Assembly: GCA_963817895.1 (NCBI GenBank)
Contig: CAWFQB010000003.1
Coordinates: forward strand, 480,001-544,000
Reading direction: 5' to 3'
Origin: an uncultured Chthonomonadaceae bacterium
GTDB lineage: Bacteria; Armatimonadota; Chthonomonadetes; Chthonomonadales; Chthonomonadaceae
DNA length: 64,000 nucleotides
Shown here: one piece after another, positions 21,603 to 31,382 of the stretch
Position numbering within the stretch: position 1 is the stretch's first letter
Layout of the letters: each line of letters starts with the position of its first letter
Translations under genes and position numbers: made by a program
The notes under the pieces: model-generated
Told to the model about the DNA's origin: nothing
Database searches by the model: none
The model's input: only the letters and a program-made list of their open reading frames with translations

Positions 21603-21696
21603 CGGCTTTTATCAACGGAACACGCGGCAACGATACAGAATGTCGGGAACTGACCCCTGAATCCTGAATCCTGACCCCTGACAGGGAGGTGACACT

Positions 21697-22242
21697 ATGA
21701 GCGTACCGCATGATCCTGAACGTATTGGGGAAACGTGGAACCCGATTCGGCTGGCGGTTTTTGAGGCAGAATTGAACGCCCTGCGCGAGTGGATAGTTGT
21801 GTCGGGCGGGTGGGCGTGGCATTTTATGACGCCGCAAGGCCATATAGAATTGAAACACGCGCACAACCACAAGGATGCCGACCTGTTTGTTCGTCCCCAC
21901 GATTTCCCCACGCTGGTTGGGCTGCTGAAAAGTCGGGGTTACGAGCGTATCTGGACGCGCTTCGACAGTCTGCCTGAGTCGCGCGACTTTTACCGCTATG
22001 GCAAAACGGTGGAACAGGACGGCGAAGCAGTCAAAATTCTGCTGGATGTGTTTGTAAGCGAAGTTCCGAGCGTGGAAGCAGGCGGATTTCAGATCGTAGA
22101 GCCGAACTATCTGCTGTCGCTGTACGGACATAAGCATACCAGCGACCGCTGTTTCGCCGTGCGGACCGCAACCGATTTGCTGGCGCGAGGCCTTGACCCC
22201 GTTGGCAATCCCGCAATGGCGGATTACTCCGGGTTCAAGTAA
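21697..22242 (+). CDS. Putative nucleotidyltransferase-fold protein
   Basis: GGGAGG RBS; SGGWA..HKDADLFV (GG...DxD) and a downstream LDVF. Confidence 0.55.
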   Translation: MSVPHDPERIGETWNPIRLAVFEAELNALREWIVVSGGWAWHFMTPQGHIELKHAHNHKDADLFVRPHDFPTLVGLLKSRGYERIWTRFDSLPESRDFYRYGKTVEQDGEAVKILLDVFVSEVPSVEAGGFQIVEPNYLLSLYGHKHTSDRCFAVRTATDLLARGLDPVGNPAMADYSGFK

Positions 22243-22246
22243 ATTA

Positions 22247-23101
22247 TTAACTGTTGGCAGTCGTGTCATGAGAGGCGCGGAGGAGTTGTTGCGGTTCAGT
22301 AGGTTCGGCGGCATTGGCAGGGCGCAGCAGAACGTCCGCCTTCTGCGGCGGGCTTGCGCCGCGCAGCAGAATGGCATCCGACGTCATGCCTTTCATGCGG
22401 GCTTCCAGCGCGTGTAAGCACTCCTGCGCCGCTTCCTGCACTTCTGCGTTCTGCGCTGTCTTTGCTTTGCCCGCCAACAGTTTTCGCACCTGCTTCAACG
22501 CCCTTTCATCCGGTGTCCACGCCAGACCGCGCAGGCAGGCAATCGCCAGTTCGGGATCGTTTTTGAGTAACAGTTGGCGCATCCACACATGTTGCCGCTC
22601 ATCAAAGCCGATGAAATCGCCTGCCTTCATGCGGGGTAATAACTGAAGCAGCGCCCGCTTTGACGCTTGCCGTATGCTTTTATCAGGAAGGTACTGCGCT
22701 TGAAGCAAATAGCGAACCACGCGCACATCTTCGTACTCCGCCAACGCCCCGATTACCTCACTCAATCGAACGCTGCGCAGCAGCAGTTTGGACAGCAAGA
22801 ACAGGCACGGCAACCCAATGGCAACGCTCAACAGCGTCCGCAATACAAATGGTAGGTTGGGGAACAGATGGGAAACCAGAATGTAGGGTAATCCCTGCAT
22901 ACACATCAGAGCAAAAGCGCGGCGTCCCCACTGATTGTACTCGTCGTCTGCAAACTGTAGTAGCGGTCCGAGAGCGGACGGGCTACAGGCGCGCAATTCC
23001 AGTAGAGCCTCGTCGCGTTCGCTCTGGTTCTTGCTGCCCATTTGTCGCATCAGGCGGCGGATACATTGTTGAGACGGTGGCGGCGTATCTATAGCAATCA
23101 C
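22247..23101 (-). CDS. Membrane-anchored HEAT-repeat protein
   Basis: Two TM helices, HEAT-like helices (EDVRVVRYLL, DERALKQVRKL), triple LLR tail. Confidence 0.7.
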   Translation of the reverse strand: MIAIDTPPPSQQCIRRLMRQMGSKNQSERDEALLELRACSPSALGPLLQFADDEYNQWGRRAFALMCMQGLPYILVSHLFPNLPFVLRTLLSVAIGLPCLFLLSKLLLRSVRLSEVIGALAEYEDVRVVRYLLQAQYLPDKSIRQASKRALLQLLPRMKAGDFIGFDERQHVWMRQLLLKNDPELAIACLRGLAWTPDERALKQVRKLLAGKAKTAQNAEVQEAAQECLHALEARMKGMTSDAILLRGASPPQKADVLLRPANAAEPTEPQQLLRASHDTTANS

Positions 23102-24003
23102 GGCGTGATTTCCTGTATCGGGTGGAGAAGTTCATTGGGGGCGGCATCGGTCTGGTGTTCCACAGAGCGCAACAGGTCTGCGCCGTTTCCCGGCTGCATC
23201 GCGCTTGCGCGGAGCAGGGTTTGATTGGCGGCGTCATAAACGGAACGGGCTTCGAGGAGAGGGAGGCAATGCTGCGCGGCATACAAGACCTGCGGATCAA
23301 TGCGGGCGCGTCCGCTCCCGTTTGCCAAACGCTTTACCGCGCTGATGGAACGCCCGTCGCCGATCTTTTCCAATGCTTTCAGCAGCAAAATCACGAGGTC
23401 GGTGTTTGGATCATCGAGGGCGAGATGCAGGCAGTGGCGGTGCGCGTCCGTGAACAGCACGGCGTCGCCGGGTTCCAGGAGGGGCAGCAGTTCTTTGAGG
23501 GCGCGCTGCGGAATTCCCTCCATATCGGCAAGGCGCATGGCTTCCAGAAGCGGCCCGATGGCGCGAACGTCCGAGTCGGGGATGGTGGCGACAAGGGTTG
23601 CCATCTGGCCGTGCAGCCGGGTTCCCGCGCCCATAATGACGAGCGCGAACGCGGCCATAACTTCAAAGGGCGCGAGCAGGACATCCATCATCGCGGAGTC
23701 GAACATCATTGCCATGCCGGTAATGAGTGCGAAACTGCCGGTAAGCGTGAAGTAGCGCAGGCAGAATCGGCGATGGCGCGACCTGCGCTTAAACTGAAGC
23801 AGCAGTTGTCCGAGCAGTTCCTGTTCCTGTTCGCGCTGCGCCTGTTCGCGCTGTCGCCGCTCTCTTTCGGTCAACGTTGGTTCCGTTTCCACCCGCGCGG
23901 GCCGGTCAACGCGCTCGCCCCGCAGGGAGTACGCGAACACCGCCAGATCAACGGCGGAAACATTCGCCGTATCCTCACCGGTATTTTGTGATTTTACGCG
24001 CAT
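23098..24003 (-). CDS. Membrane-anchored HEAT-repeat protein (paralog of the adjacent gene)
   Basis: Two TM helices, DVRAIGPLL, ALEKIGDGRSISAVKRL, triple LLR/LLH tail; 4-bp overlap with the next gene. Confidence 0.7.
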   Translation of the reverse strand: MRVKSQNTGEDTANVSAVDLAVFAYSLRGERVDRPARVETEPTLTERERRQREQAQREQEQELLGQLLLQFKRRSRHRRFCLRYFTLTGSFALITGMAMMFDSAMMDVLLAPFEVMAAFALVIMGAGTRLHGQMATLVATIPDSDVRAIGPLLEAMRLADMEGIPQRALKELLPLLEPGDAVLFTDAHRHCLHLALDDPNTDLVILLLKALEKIGDGRSISAVKRLANGSGRARIDPQVLYAAQHCLPLLEARSVYDAANQTLLRASAMQPGNGADLLRSVEHQTDAAPNELLHPIQEITP

Positions 24004-24040
24004 TGAACTTCTCCGCTCTGGATTGATGTTGATAAAAGAA

Positions 24041-24125
24041 CAGCGAACACGAGATTAGTTTCGTGGTCGCTGTCCTTATTCCTGCCTCACTGCGCCGGGG
24101 GCAGGGATTAAAAATCCCTGCCCCC
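24041..24125 (-). terminator. Two stem-loops downstream of the PPIase gene
   Basis: GGGGGCAGGGAT..ATCCCTGCCCCC (24097-24125) and CAGCGAACACGA..TCGTGGTCGCTG (24041-24072); the latter is followed by a T-rich tract on the minus strand. Confidence 0.6.
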
Positions 24126-24132
24126 TCAACGC

Positions 24133-25368
24133 CTAACCTCCCTGGGGGCCTCCGGGGAATCCGGGCTGCGCGGACGGGGGCGGCGGAGTCATGTAGCTGG
24201 CAACCTGCGCCCGCTTCTCCATCAGGTTTTGCATGAAGGTGTTGAGCAGTTGCGGGTTCTGCGATTGGAAGCGCTGATTAAGCGCGTTCAAGGCGTTCTG
24301 CCGCTCTTCAGGCGTCAGGTCTTTGCCCTGCTTTTCCACCTTGATGAGATGGTAACCATACTGACTCTTGACCGGGCCGACGATTTCGCCGGTTTTGGCG
24401 GCAAATGCGGCCTGGGTAAATTCCTTGACCATCGTGCCACGCAAAAACACGCCCAGGTCGCCGCCCGTGGGCTTGGAACCCGTGTCGTCGCTGTTCTCCT
24501 GCGCTTCGGCCTCGAACGTCTTTTTGCCGGACTTTATCTCGGCAGCGATCTTGTTGATTTTCGCAAGGGCGGCGGCGTCAGCGGCTTTGGCATCCGCCGG
24601 GTTCGCGCTCTGATCGCGGCTGGTCATCACAAGGATGTGGCGGGCGCGCAGAAAATCGTTGGGGGTTGGCACATGCCCCACAATTTCCGTTTGTTTCGCC
24701 TGAAGCTCTTTTTGCAGCGTGGCGTCTTTTTCCATCAATTTGGTCATTTGCAATTGCAGGCGCACCTGGTCATTCACGCCAGCGCGGGTCTGCTTTTTGG
24801 ACGCCAGAAACTCATCATCGCTCATTTTGGGCTGAATCTGCCCGTTTTTGCGCATATCGGCAAAGAACTTGGTGAGGAACTCATTGATTTGCGCATCCGT
24901 AACGACGATGTTTTCTTTGGCCGCCGTCTGGGAAATGACCTGCTCCTGAAGCATGTTTTGCAGCACCTGGTACAGGGTAGGGTTGAACTTATCGCGCAGT
25001 TGCAGCATCACCTGCTCGGACGTGATAGTGGCGCTCGGCTTCGGCTCCGCGCCAAACATCTGGTCCGCCGCCACAACCCCCGCCGCCTGTCCGGCTATCT
25101 GCTTGAAAGTGTCCGGGTTGACCTTGCGCAGGCGTTCCACAACATCCGCGAACATAATATTCTTGCCGTTGACGCTTCCGACAATGTTGGGGTCGGAGGG
25201 ACGGGGCGGCGCGACGGGCAGCGTTACCGGGGGGACAGCCGGTTTGGGCGCGGTCTGAGGCGCGGTCGTCGGTTTTTTGGGATCAGTTTTGTCCTGCGCC
25301 TGTGAGGGGGCCAGTGCCGCCGTCCAGAGCGCTGCCGCCAGCGCGGTGGGCAGAGCGTATCGAAGCAT
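24133..25368 (-). CDS. Secreted parvulin-type peptidyl-prolyl isomerase (PrsA/SurA-like)
   Basis: Signal peptide MLRYALPTALAAALW; RARHILV, SDDTGSKPTGGDLG, VKSQYGYHLIKV. Confidence 0.9.
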   Translation of the reverse strand: MLRYALPTALAAALWTAALAPSQAQDKTDPKKPTTAPQTAPKPAVPPVTLPVAPPRPSDPNIVGSVNGKNIMFADVVERLRKVNPDTFKQIAGQAAGVVAADQMFGAEPKPSATITSEQVMLQLRDKFNPTLYQVLQNMLQEQVISQTAAKENIVVTDAQINEFLTKFFADMRKNGQIQPKMSDDEFLASKKQTRAGVNDQVRLQLQMTKLMEKDATLQKELQAKQTEIVGHVPTPNDFLRARHILVMTSRDQSANPADAKAADAAALAKINKIAAEIKSGKKTFEAEAQENSDDTGSKPTGGDLGVFLRGTMVKEFTQAAFAAKTGEIVGPVKSQYGYHLIKVEKQGKDLTPEERQNALNALNQRFQSQNPQLLNTFMQNLMEKRAQVASYMTPPPPSAQPGFPGGPQGG

Positions 25369-25388
25369 GAAGAGAACTCCTTCGGAGC

Positions 25389-25477
25389 AGGGAGTGGGGA
25401 ATAGGTGGTAGGGAGTAGGACAATGCGCAAGTTGAACAATGATTTTCCTACTCCCTACCACCTATTCCCCACTCCCT
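25389..25477. repeat. Perfect 32-bp inverted repeat built from GGGAGTA/GGTGGTA-type heptamers
   Basis: 25389-25420 is the exact reverse complement of 25446-25477; overlaps the stop of the deacetylase gene. Confidence 0.9.
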
Positions 25478-26595
25478 ACCCCATAGCGTGTAAACAGCAA
25501 TTGCTGTAGGTTGCGAATCGAGCGCGCGGCGAACTCTCCGGCCAGAGCGTTCTGTTCCGGGGTGACGTCGGGCGCGTGATGGTCGGTCAGGGTAGGTATG
25601 CGGTTCCGGTGGGCATAACCGGCGGGAACCGCGTCGGGAACTTCTATGCCGGCCAGAGTGGTCACGGCCAGCGTCCACATGCGGGGTACTGTAGTTAAAT
25701 TATAGCCGCCCCCGCCAACAGCCACAATCGGTTTGCCCAACGCCTGCACATCTTTAATCGCTTCAAGCCAGCCCTGCGCGGTCAGGCAGACATGGGCAAG
25801 GGGGTCGAACTCGTGCGTGTCCGTACCCATTTGCAGCACAATGGCATCGGGATGGAACGCTTTCAGAACCGGCAGGGCGGCGGAACGCCACGCATTGAGC
25901 CAGATTTCATCGGTGGTATCGGGCGCGAACGGCAGATTGACGCTGTAACCCTCGCCCGCGCCCTCACCGATCTCGTCCACGTCGCCCGTGCCGGGAAACA
26001 AGAACCGTCCGCTTTCGTGCAGGGACACGGTTAATACGGAGGGGTCGTCGTAAAATAGTTCCTGAACACCGTCGCCGTGATGCACGTCAATGTCCACATA
26101 CGCGACGCGGGCATATTTTTGGCGCAAGCGTCGAATCGCCATCGCGCAGTCGTTGAGGACGCAGAATCCGGCGGCTCTGGCATAGTGCGCGTGGTGCAGG
26201 CCACCCGACATATTGAATGCCACCTGCCCCCCGCCCGCGCCGTCCATAATGGCCTGCGCCGCGTCAATGGAACCGCCGGAATACAGGAGGGACACGTCAT
26301 AAATGTGCGGAAAAATGGGATTGTCGCCCGTGCCGAAGCCGTATTTACGCGCGTTCCGAACGTCCTCGCCCCGGTCGAAGGCGCTGAGAACTTCCAGATA
26401 GTCCCGGCTGTGCGTTTGCGCCGCCTCTTCCCAAGACGCCATTTGTGGCGCAACCACTTCCAGCCCGCTTTGAAACGCGCCGTAGCTGTCCAGCAGATCG
26501 TAAGTCATGCGCAGGCGTTCCGGCTTCAGCGGATGCTGCGGCCCCATGTCGTACCCCAACAGGTCATCGGAATAAAAGAAAAGTGGTCGGCTCAT
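25462..26595 (-). CDS. acuC: AcuC/histone-deacetylase family protein
   Basis: HPLKPERL, GGLHHA, GFCVLND, DIDVHHGDGV, GGGGY. Confidence 0.88.
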   Translation of the reverse strand: MSRPLFFYSDDLLGYDMGPQHPLKPERLRMTYDLLDSYGAFQSGLEVVAPQMASWEEAAQTHSRDYLEVLSAFDRGEDVRNARKYGFGTGDNPIFPHIYDVSLLYSGGSIDAAQAIMDGAGGGQVAFNMSGGLHHAHYARAAGFCVLNDCAMAIRRLRQKYARVAYVDIDVHHGDGVQELFYDDPSVLTVSLHESGRFLFPGTGDVDEIGEGAGEGYSVNLPFAPDTTDEIWLNAWRSAALPVLKAFHPDAIVLQMGTDTHEFDPLAHVCLTAQGWLEAIKDVQALGKPIVAVGGGGYNLTTVPRMWTLAVTTLAGIEVPDAVPAGYAHRNRIPTLTDHHAPDVTPEQNALAGEFAARSIRNLQQLLFTRYGVGSGE

Positions 26596-26662
26596 AAGAC
26601 TATTGTACCAGCAAAACCGGCGCATTGCAGAATCTACAAAGGATGAAGGATGGAAGCCGACA

Positions 26663-26749
26663 GGCGCAGGCTTTGTCCGCAAACGCCGTACCTCTCGCTA
26701 ACTATAAGCGGGTGGCGCGTTTCCCCATAGTCCCTACGCCCACCCGCCC
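26663..26749 (+). pseudogene. 3' remnant of a PEP-CTERM gene plus its downstream hairpin
   Basis: About 75/87 nt identical (hand count) to 27440-27526; encodes GAGFVRKRRTSR* versus GAGFVRKRRSLR*. Confidence 0.75.
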
Positions 26750-26890
26750 ACCCACGCAGCCTTTCTGAAAAACCCCGTACTTCTTCGCCACAAAACCGCA
26801 CACTTGGCACACTTCTTGCACTATACTATACAGGACGCTTTTACAGACCGTTAATTCCCTGCATCGCCTCACCCGAAAGGCTATTGACAC

Positions 26891-27478
26891 ATGCACACCC
26901 GTTCTCTCGTTCGTCACACCCTTGCGCTTACTGCCCTGACCGCACTTGCCTGCCTTGCCGCGCCCAACGCCCACGCGCAGTTCCTCGGCACATCCGCCAC
27001 CGGAAGCCTCCAGTTCAATGGCAGTGGACCTAACTATTTCGATCCCAACAACGGCTTCGTTCCCAACGGCTTCTCCAACAAAACGCAGGGAACCACCGTC
27101 ACCGTCGCCGAACCTGCCATCGAATTCGGTTTTGCCGACGGCGTTAATACCGACACCGTCAACATCACCAATACGACGATCACTCTGACCGATGTTATTG
27201 CGACCAGGGGAAGCACTGCCCCCTTCCTTGTGACGCTCACGGACACCGCGTTTGCCGGCGTCACCTTTACCCAAACCGCCAATACGACCAACAGTTTCAC
27301 TTACAGCCTGACCGGAAACACGCTCAGTCTCAACTTCGCCGGCACCAATACTGGTGGAACATATACAACCACCTTAACGGCTGCTTCTCCCGTTCCCGAA
27401 CCCGGCAGCGTTGCCCTTCTCGTCGGCATCGTCACTGTGGGCGCAGGCTTTGTCCGCAAGCGCCGTTCCCTTCGCTAA
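26891..27478 (+). CDS. PEP-CTERM sorting-domain surface protein, Thr-rich
   Basis: Signal peptide ending AHA; VPEPGSVALLVGIVTVGAGFVRKRR tail. Confidence 0.93.
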   Translation: MHTRSLVRHTLALTALTALACLAAPNAHAQFLGTSATGSLQFNGSGPNYFDPNNGFVPNGFSNKTQGTTVTVAEPAIEFGFADGVNTDTVNITNTTITLTDVIATRGSTAPFLVTLTDTAFAGVTFTQTANTTNSFTYSLTGNTLSLNFAGTNTGGTYTTTLTAASPVPEPGSVALLVGIVTVGAGFVRKRRSLR

Positions 27479-27550
27479 CTGCAAGCGGGTGGCGCGTATC
27501 CCGATAGCCGGTACGCCCACCCGTCCGCCGATACAGCCGCCCAACTCTCC

Positions 27551-27580
27551 TTGTCAAACTCCCTCCGCCTTTGCTATAAT
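27551..27580 (+). promoter_or_regulatory. Putative sigma70 promoter
   Basis: TTGTCA-18 nt-TATAAT with extended TG. Confidence 0.55.
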
Positions 27581-27991
27581 GTCTGTATAGGGCGTAGACG
27601 TTGCTCTGTGAAAATTGAGCGTTGAAGAGAAAACGATGGTAACAGTTGCGATTGATGAAGCCTTGGATACGGGATTGGAAGTTGACCTGATGCTTCGCCT
27701 GTAAAAGAGGGTTGTTGTACATTCGGGAACATCCTGCGGGGCGAGACCGTCCTTACAGCAACAGTCCGCATTGTTGTCAAGTGGCAACAATGGAGAACTG
27801 TTTGCATTGTGAAGCAGTACAAACACTCGTGAGCGCCGCATTATGCGGCTTCCCTAACCCTGACAGGCATGACCATATTTCGCGGCGGTTCGTAAAGATC
27901 GCTGACGTATATGCTGTCTGTCACAATCAAATAGAGTTGAAATCGCGTTTCGCGCCTCTGGATGGGCGTCGAAAACGCAAGGAGAACCGAG

Positions 27992-28243
27992 ATGTTATTC
28001 TGGATTATTGTTGGCATTATCGCGGGCGCGCTCGCGAAAGCGGTTGTTCCGGGCGAAGGCCCCGGCGGTATTCTGGGCGACCTGATTGTCGGCATTGTGG
28101 GCGCGATGATCGGTGGGTTCCTCGCGGGCGCGTTCGGGCTTGCGGCCTACGGATTCATCGGCACAACCGTCGTTGCCTTCATCGGCGCGGTTGTCCTGCT
28201 GTTCCTGCTGCGCGCGTTCACCACGCGCCGCGCGGTTCATTAA
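27992..28243 (+). CDS. GlsB/YeaQ/YmgE (transglycosylase-associated) membrane protein
   Basis: AAGGAG RBS; WIIVGIIAGALAK..GIVGAMIGG..AFIGAVVLL. Confidence 0.92.
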   Translation: MLFWIIVGIIAGALAKAVVPGEGPGGILGDLIVGIVGAMIGGFLAGAFGLAAYGFIGTTVVAFIGAVVLLFLLRAFTTRRAVH

Positions 28244-28500
28244 CCTACTGCCTGCGTTCGGTGTTTGGAAACAGACGCTTGTTTGAAAATTTACCTGTGG
28301 ATATACGGTACGCTGCTAAAGAAAGCCGCTGATTACGCCGAATATGAAGTGCCATCGGAAATCACTCCTGCAACTTCATACGGGCATAATCTTGAAAATA
28401 GCGGCACAATCGAATAGAGACAACTGAATAGCGCTCAAAAACTGAATAGAGACTCGCCTTGAAATCGCATACCGTATTTTCATCGCCAAACCGATGTTCG

Positions 28501-28537
28501 ACGAGGCCGGAACAATAATAAATTGTTCCGGCCTCGT
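28501..28537. terminator. Stem-loop between convergent genes
   Basis: ACGAGGCCGGAACAAT-5 nt-ATTGTTCCGGCCTCGT. Confidence 0.7.
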
Positions 28538-28548
28538 TGTTTTGGGAA

Positions 28549-28610
28549 GGTGAGAGTGGAGAGTGAGAGAACAGGCATTTACTCTCACTCTCCACTCTCA
28601 CTCTTCACTC
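28549..28610. repeat. Inverted GAGAGTG/CACTCTC heptamer arrays at the apt stop
   Basis: GTGAGAGTGGAGAGTGAGAG versus CTCTCACTCTCCACTCTCAC. Confidence 0.8.
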
Positions 28611-29130
28611 GTACCGTATCAACGAATTAATCTCATACGCGCTCAGGGCTTTGCGGCCATCCAGAAAATTCAGTTCGGCGAGAAAGCCGCAGCCGGCCAC
28701 TTTGCCCCCCACGCGCTCAATCAGGCGACAGGCTGCCGCCGCCGTGCCGCCCGTTGCCAGCAGGTCGTCAATCACCAGAATACGCTGTCCGGGCTTGATG
28801 GCGTCGGCGTGCATTTCTACCGTATTCGTGCCGTACTCCAGCGCGTACTCTTCCGTGACCCGCGCGCCGGGCAGTTTGCCCAATTTGCGCAGGGGCACAA
28901 AGCCGACATTGAGCGCGAGCGCAAGGCCGGTTCCGAAAGATAAAACCCCGCGCCTCGATGCCCATCACCAGATCGGGGTTCAAGCCTTTGCCCCATTCCG
29001 CCAGTACATCTATCACTTGTTTCAGCGCGGCGGCGTCCTGCACAACCGGGGTGATGTCTTTGAAAACAATGCCGGGTATCGGAAAATCCGGCACATCGCG
29101 AATCAGGCTTTCGGCCAGCAGTTTGTCCAT
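28605..29130 (-). CDS. apt: Adenine phosphoribosyltransferase (frameshift near 28935)
   Basis: [41 protein letters not shown]. Confidence 0.93.
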
Positions 29131-29134
29131 TAGG

Positions 29135-30258
29135 TTACTCCTCAATTAGGCAAGTATTGACTTCTTTATCGGCAATCCGCCCCGTTTGCGTCACGGCTTT
29201 TTGGGGTTGCGCTTCCAGTAAACTGGTTTCGTAGGGCGGCTCGATAACGCCGCGCTCGGTGATGAAGGCCGTGATGAGTTCGCCGGGAGTCACGTCGAAG
29301 GACGGGATTCAGCACCGCTACACCCTCCGGCGCGACGCGGATGCCCTCGATGTGCGTCACTTCCACGGACTCGCGATCTTCAATGGGGATTTGCAGCCCG
29401 GACGCGAGTTTCATGTCAATGGTGGAAAACGGCGCGGCCACGTAAAAAGGAATATTGTGGTGACGGGCAAGCACGGCAAGGCTGTACGTGCCGATTTTGT
29501 TGGCGGTATCGCCATTCGCCGCGATGCGATCCGCGCCGACAATCACGCAGTCCACTTTGCCCTGCCGCATCAACGCGCCCGCCATGTTGTCGGCGATCAC
29601 GGTGACGGGAATGTTGTCGCGCTGCAATTCCCAGGCGGTCAGTTTCATGCCCTGCAAGCCGGGGACGGGTTTCGTCGGCATAAACGTGAATGCGCTTGCC
29701 CTCTTCCACAGCGGCGCGAATCACGCCCAGCGCCGTGCCATATCCCACCGTCGCCAGCGCGCCCGCGTTGCAGTGCGTCAGCACATTGCCCTGCGCGGGC
29801 ATTAAATCGGCCCCGAATTTGCCCATGCGCCGGTTGGCCGCAATATCCTCGTCCAGCATCAGCCGCGCTTCGGAAAGCATGGCGTCTTTGATGTCCACGG
29901 GGTTGCCGTCCGTGTTTTCCGCCACATCCAGCATCCGGTCAATGGCCCAGAACAGATTCACGGCAGTAGGGCGGGCGGCGCGAAACGTGTCGGCAATGCC
30001 CGTGATACGCTTGAGGAACGATTCGCGGCTGTCGGCGATGATGCCCCGCGCGCCCAGCGCGATGCCCAGAGCCGCCGCGCAGCCAATAGCGGGCGCGCCG
30101 CGCACGACCATCGTGCGTATCGCTTCGGACACTTCGCGCCAGTCGGCCATCTCCACGTACTGCAATTTTTCCGGCAGCGCGGTCTGGTCAATCAGGCGAA
30201 CCTTGCCGCTCTGCCACGCGACCGTTTGCAACTCTTTGTTCTGCGCCCCTAGCTGCAT
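29135..30258 (-). CDS. mtnA: S-methyl-5-thioribose-1-phosphate isomerase (frameshifts near 29665 and 29305)
   Basis: [50 protein letters not shown]. Confidence 0.93.
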
Positions 30259-30282
30259 GTTGTCTCCTTCGGAGAGTAGATA

Positions 30283-30412
30283 GGTAGATGGGTAGATGGT
30301 AGATAGGTAGGAATGCCGCCTAACCTAAAGATGAGTTCAAACAACAATAACATTGTATCAGGCAACTAATGGAGGTTGCAGTTCCTACCTATCTACCATC
30401 TACCCATCTACC
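30283..30412. repeat. Perfect 31-bp inverted repeat of GGTAGAT-type arrays between mtnP and mtnA
   Basis: 30283-30313 is the exact reverse complement of 30382-30412; overlaps the mtnP stop. Confidence 0.9.
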
Positions 30413-31217
30413 CTACTACTACTTTCGCATTATCCAGCGCATGATGGCACGGGCTGTCCAGATCGAGGGGGATGCGGCGTATCAGGTCCAGCACCACGCT
30501 TTTGATGCGCGAGGCGTTCTTCTGAAACACGGCGAACACCTCGTCGGCCTGCACGGGAGCCACGTCGCCCTCCGCGACAAGGCCGCTGTCATAATCGGTA
30601 ATCAGGGAAATATTCACGACGGCGATGTTTTGTTCCAGCGCGAGATACGCTTCCGGGTACTGCGTCATGCCGATCACTTCCCAACCCGCCGACGTGAACC
30701 AGTTGCTTTCCGCTTTGGTGGAAAAGCGCGGCCCGCCGATCACGACCAGGGTTCCCCGCTCATGCACGGTGATGCCATGTTCTTTGATAACGTCAATGGC
30801 ATACTGGCGCAGATGCGGGCAGTAGGGGTCCGCGCTGCTGACGTGATAAACGTCCGGGCCGTCGTAAAACGTGTCTTTGCGCCCGCGCGTCCGGTCTACA
30901 TACTGGTCGCAAACCACAAAATGTTCGGGTTCGACGTGCCGCTGCAAACTGCCTGCCGCGCACGGGCTGATGAGAAACTTCACGCCCAAATGTTTCATCG
31001 CCCACACATTGGCGCGGTAATTGATGTTGTGCGGCGGAATGGTATGGTGGCGGCCATGCCGGGGCAAAAACGCGACCCGCTTGCCGTCGAGTTCCGCCAG
31101 AAACACGCTGTCGCTCGGCGGGCCGTAGGGCGTTTCGATCTGCACTTCGCGCACATTGTCAAGCAGGGAGTAAAACCCGCTGCCGCCAAAAACGCCAATA
31201 TCTGCGGCAGGCGGCAT
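30408..31217 (-). CDS. mtnP: S-methyl-5'-thioadenosine phosphorylase
   Basis: GGSGFY, TPYGPPS, LPRHG, NYRAN, GPRFSTKAES, ITDYD; adjacent to mtnA. Confidence 0.93.
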   Translation of the reverse strand: MPPAADIGVFGGSGFYSLLDNVREVQIETPYGPPSDSVFLAELDGKRVAFLPRHGRHHTIPPHNINYRANVWAMKHLGVKFLISPCAAGSLQRHVEPEHFVVCDQYVDRTRGRKDTFYDGPDVYHVSSADPYCPHLRQYAIDVIKEHGITVHERGTLVVIGGPRFSTKAESNWFTSAGWEVIGMTQYPEAYLALEQNIAVVNISLITDYDSGLVAEGDVAPVQADEVFAVFQKNASRIKSVVLDLIRRIPLDLDSPCHHALDNAKVVVG

Positions 31218-31382
31218 ATTTCATCAGAAGACATGTTCACCTGAAACTCTAATTTATTTACAACCAAACCATTTTACCCCGATTCACGCTCAGCTCAATG
31301 CCGTCAATTCTGCCGTATCCGGGGTTAATGTCCACGGATCTGTTTGTGTCTTCAACGAAAATGGGGGTTTCGACAAACGTCA

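Noticed and set aside
28362..28601. Short minus-strand ORFs (79 and 70 aa) in an AT-richer gap
   Set aside because: They start inside a heptamer repeat, cross a terminator and show no recognisable motif
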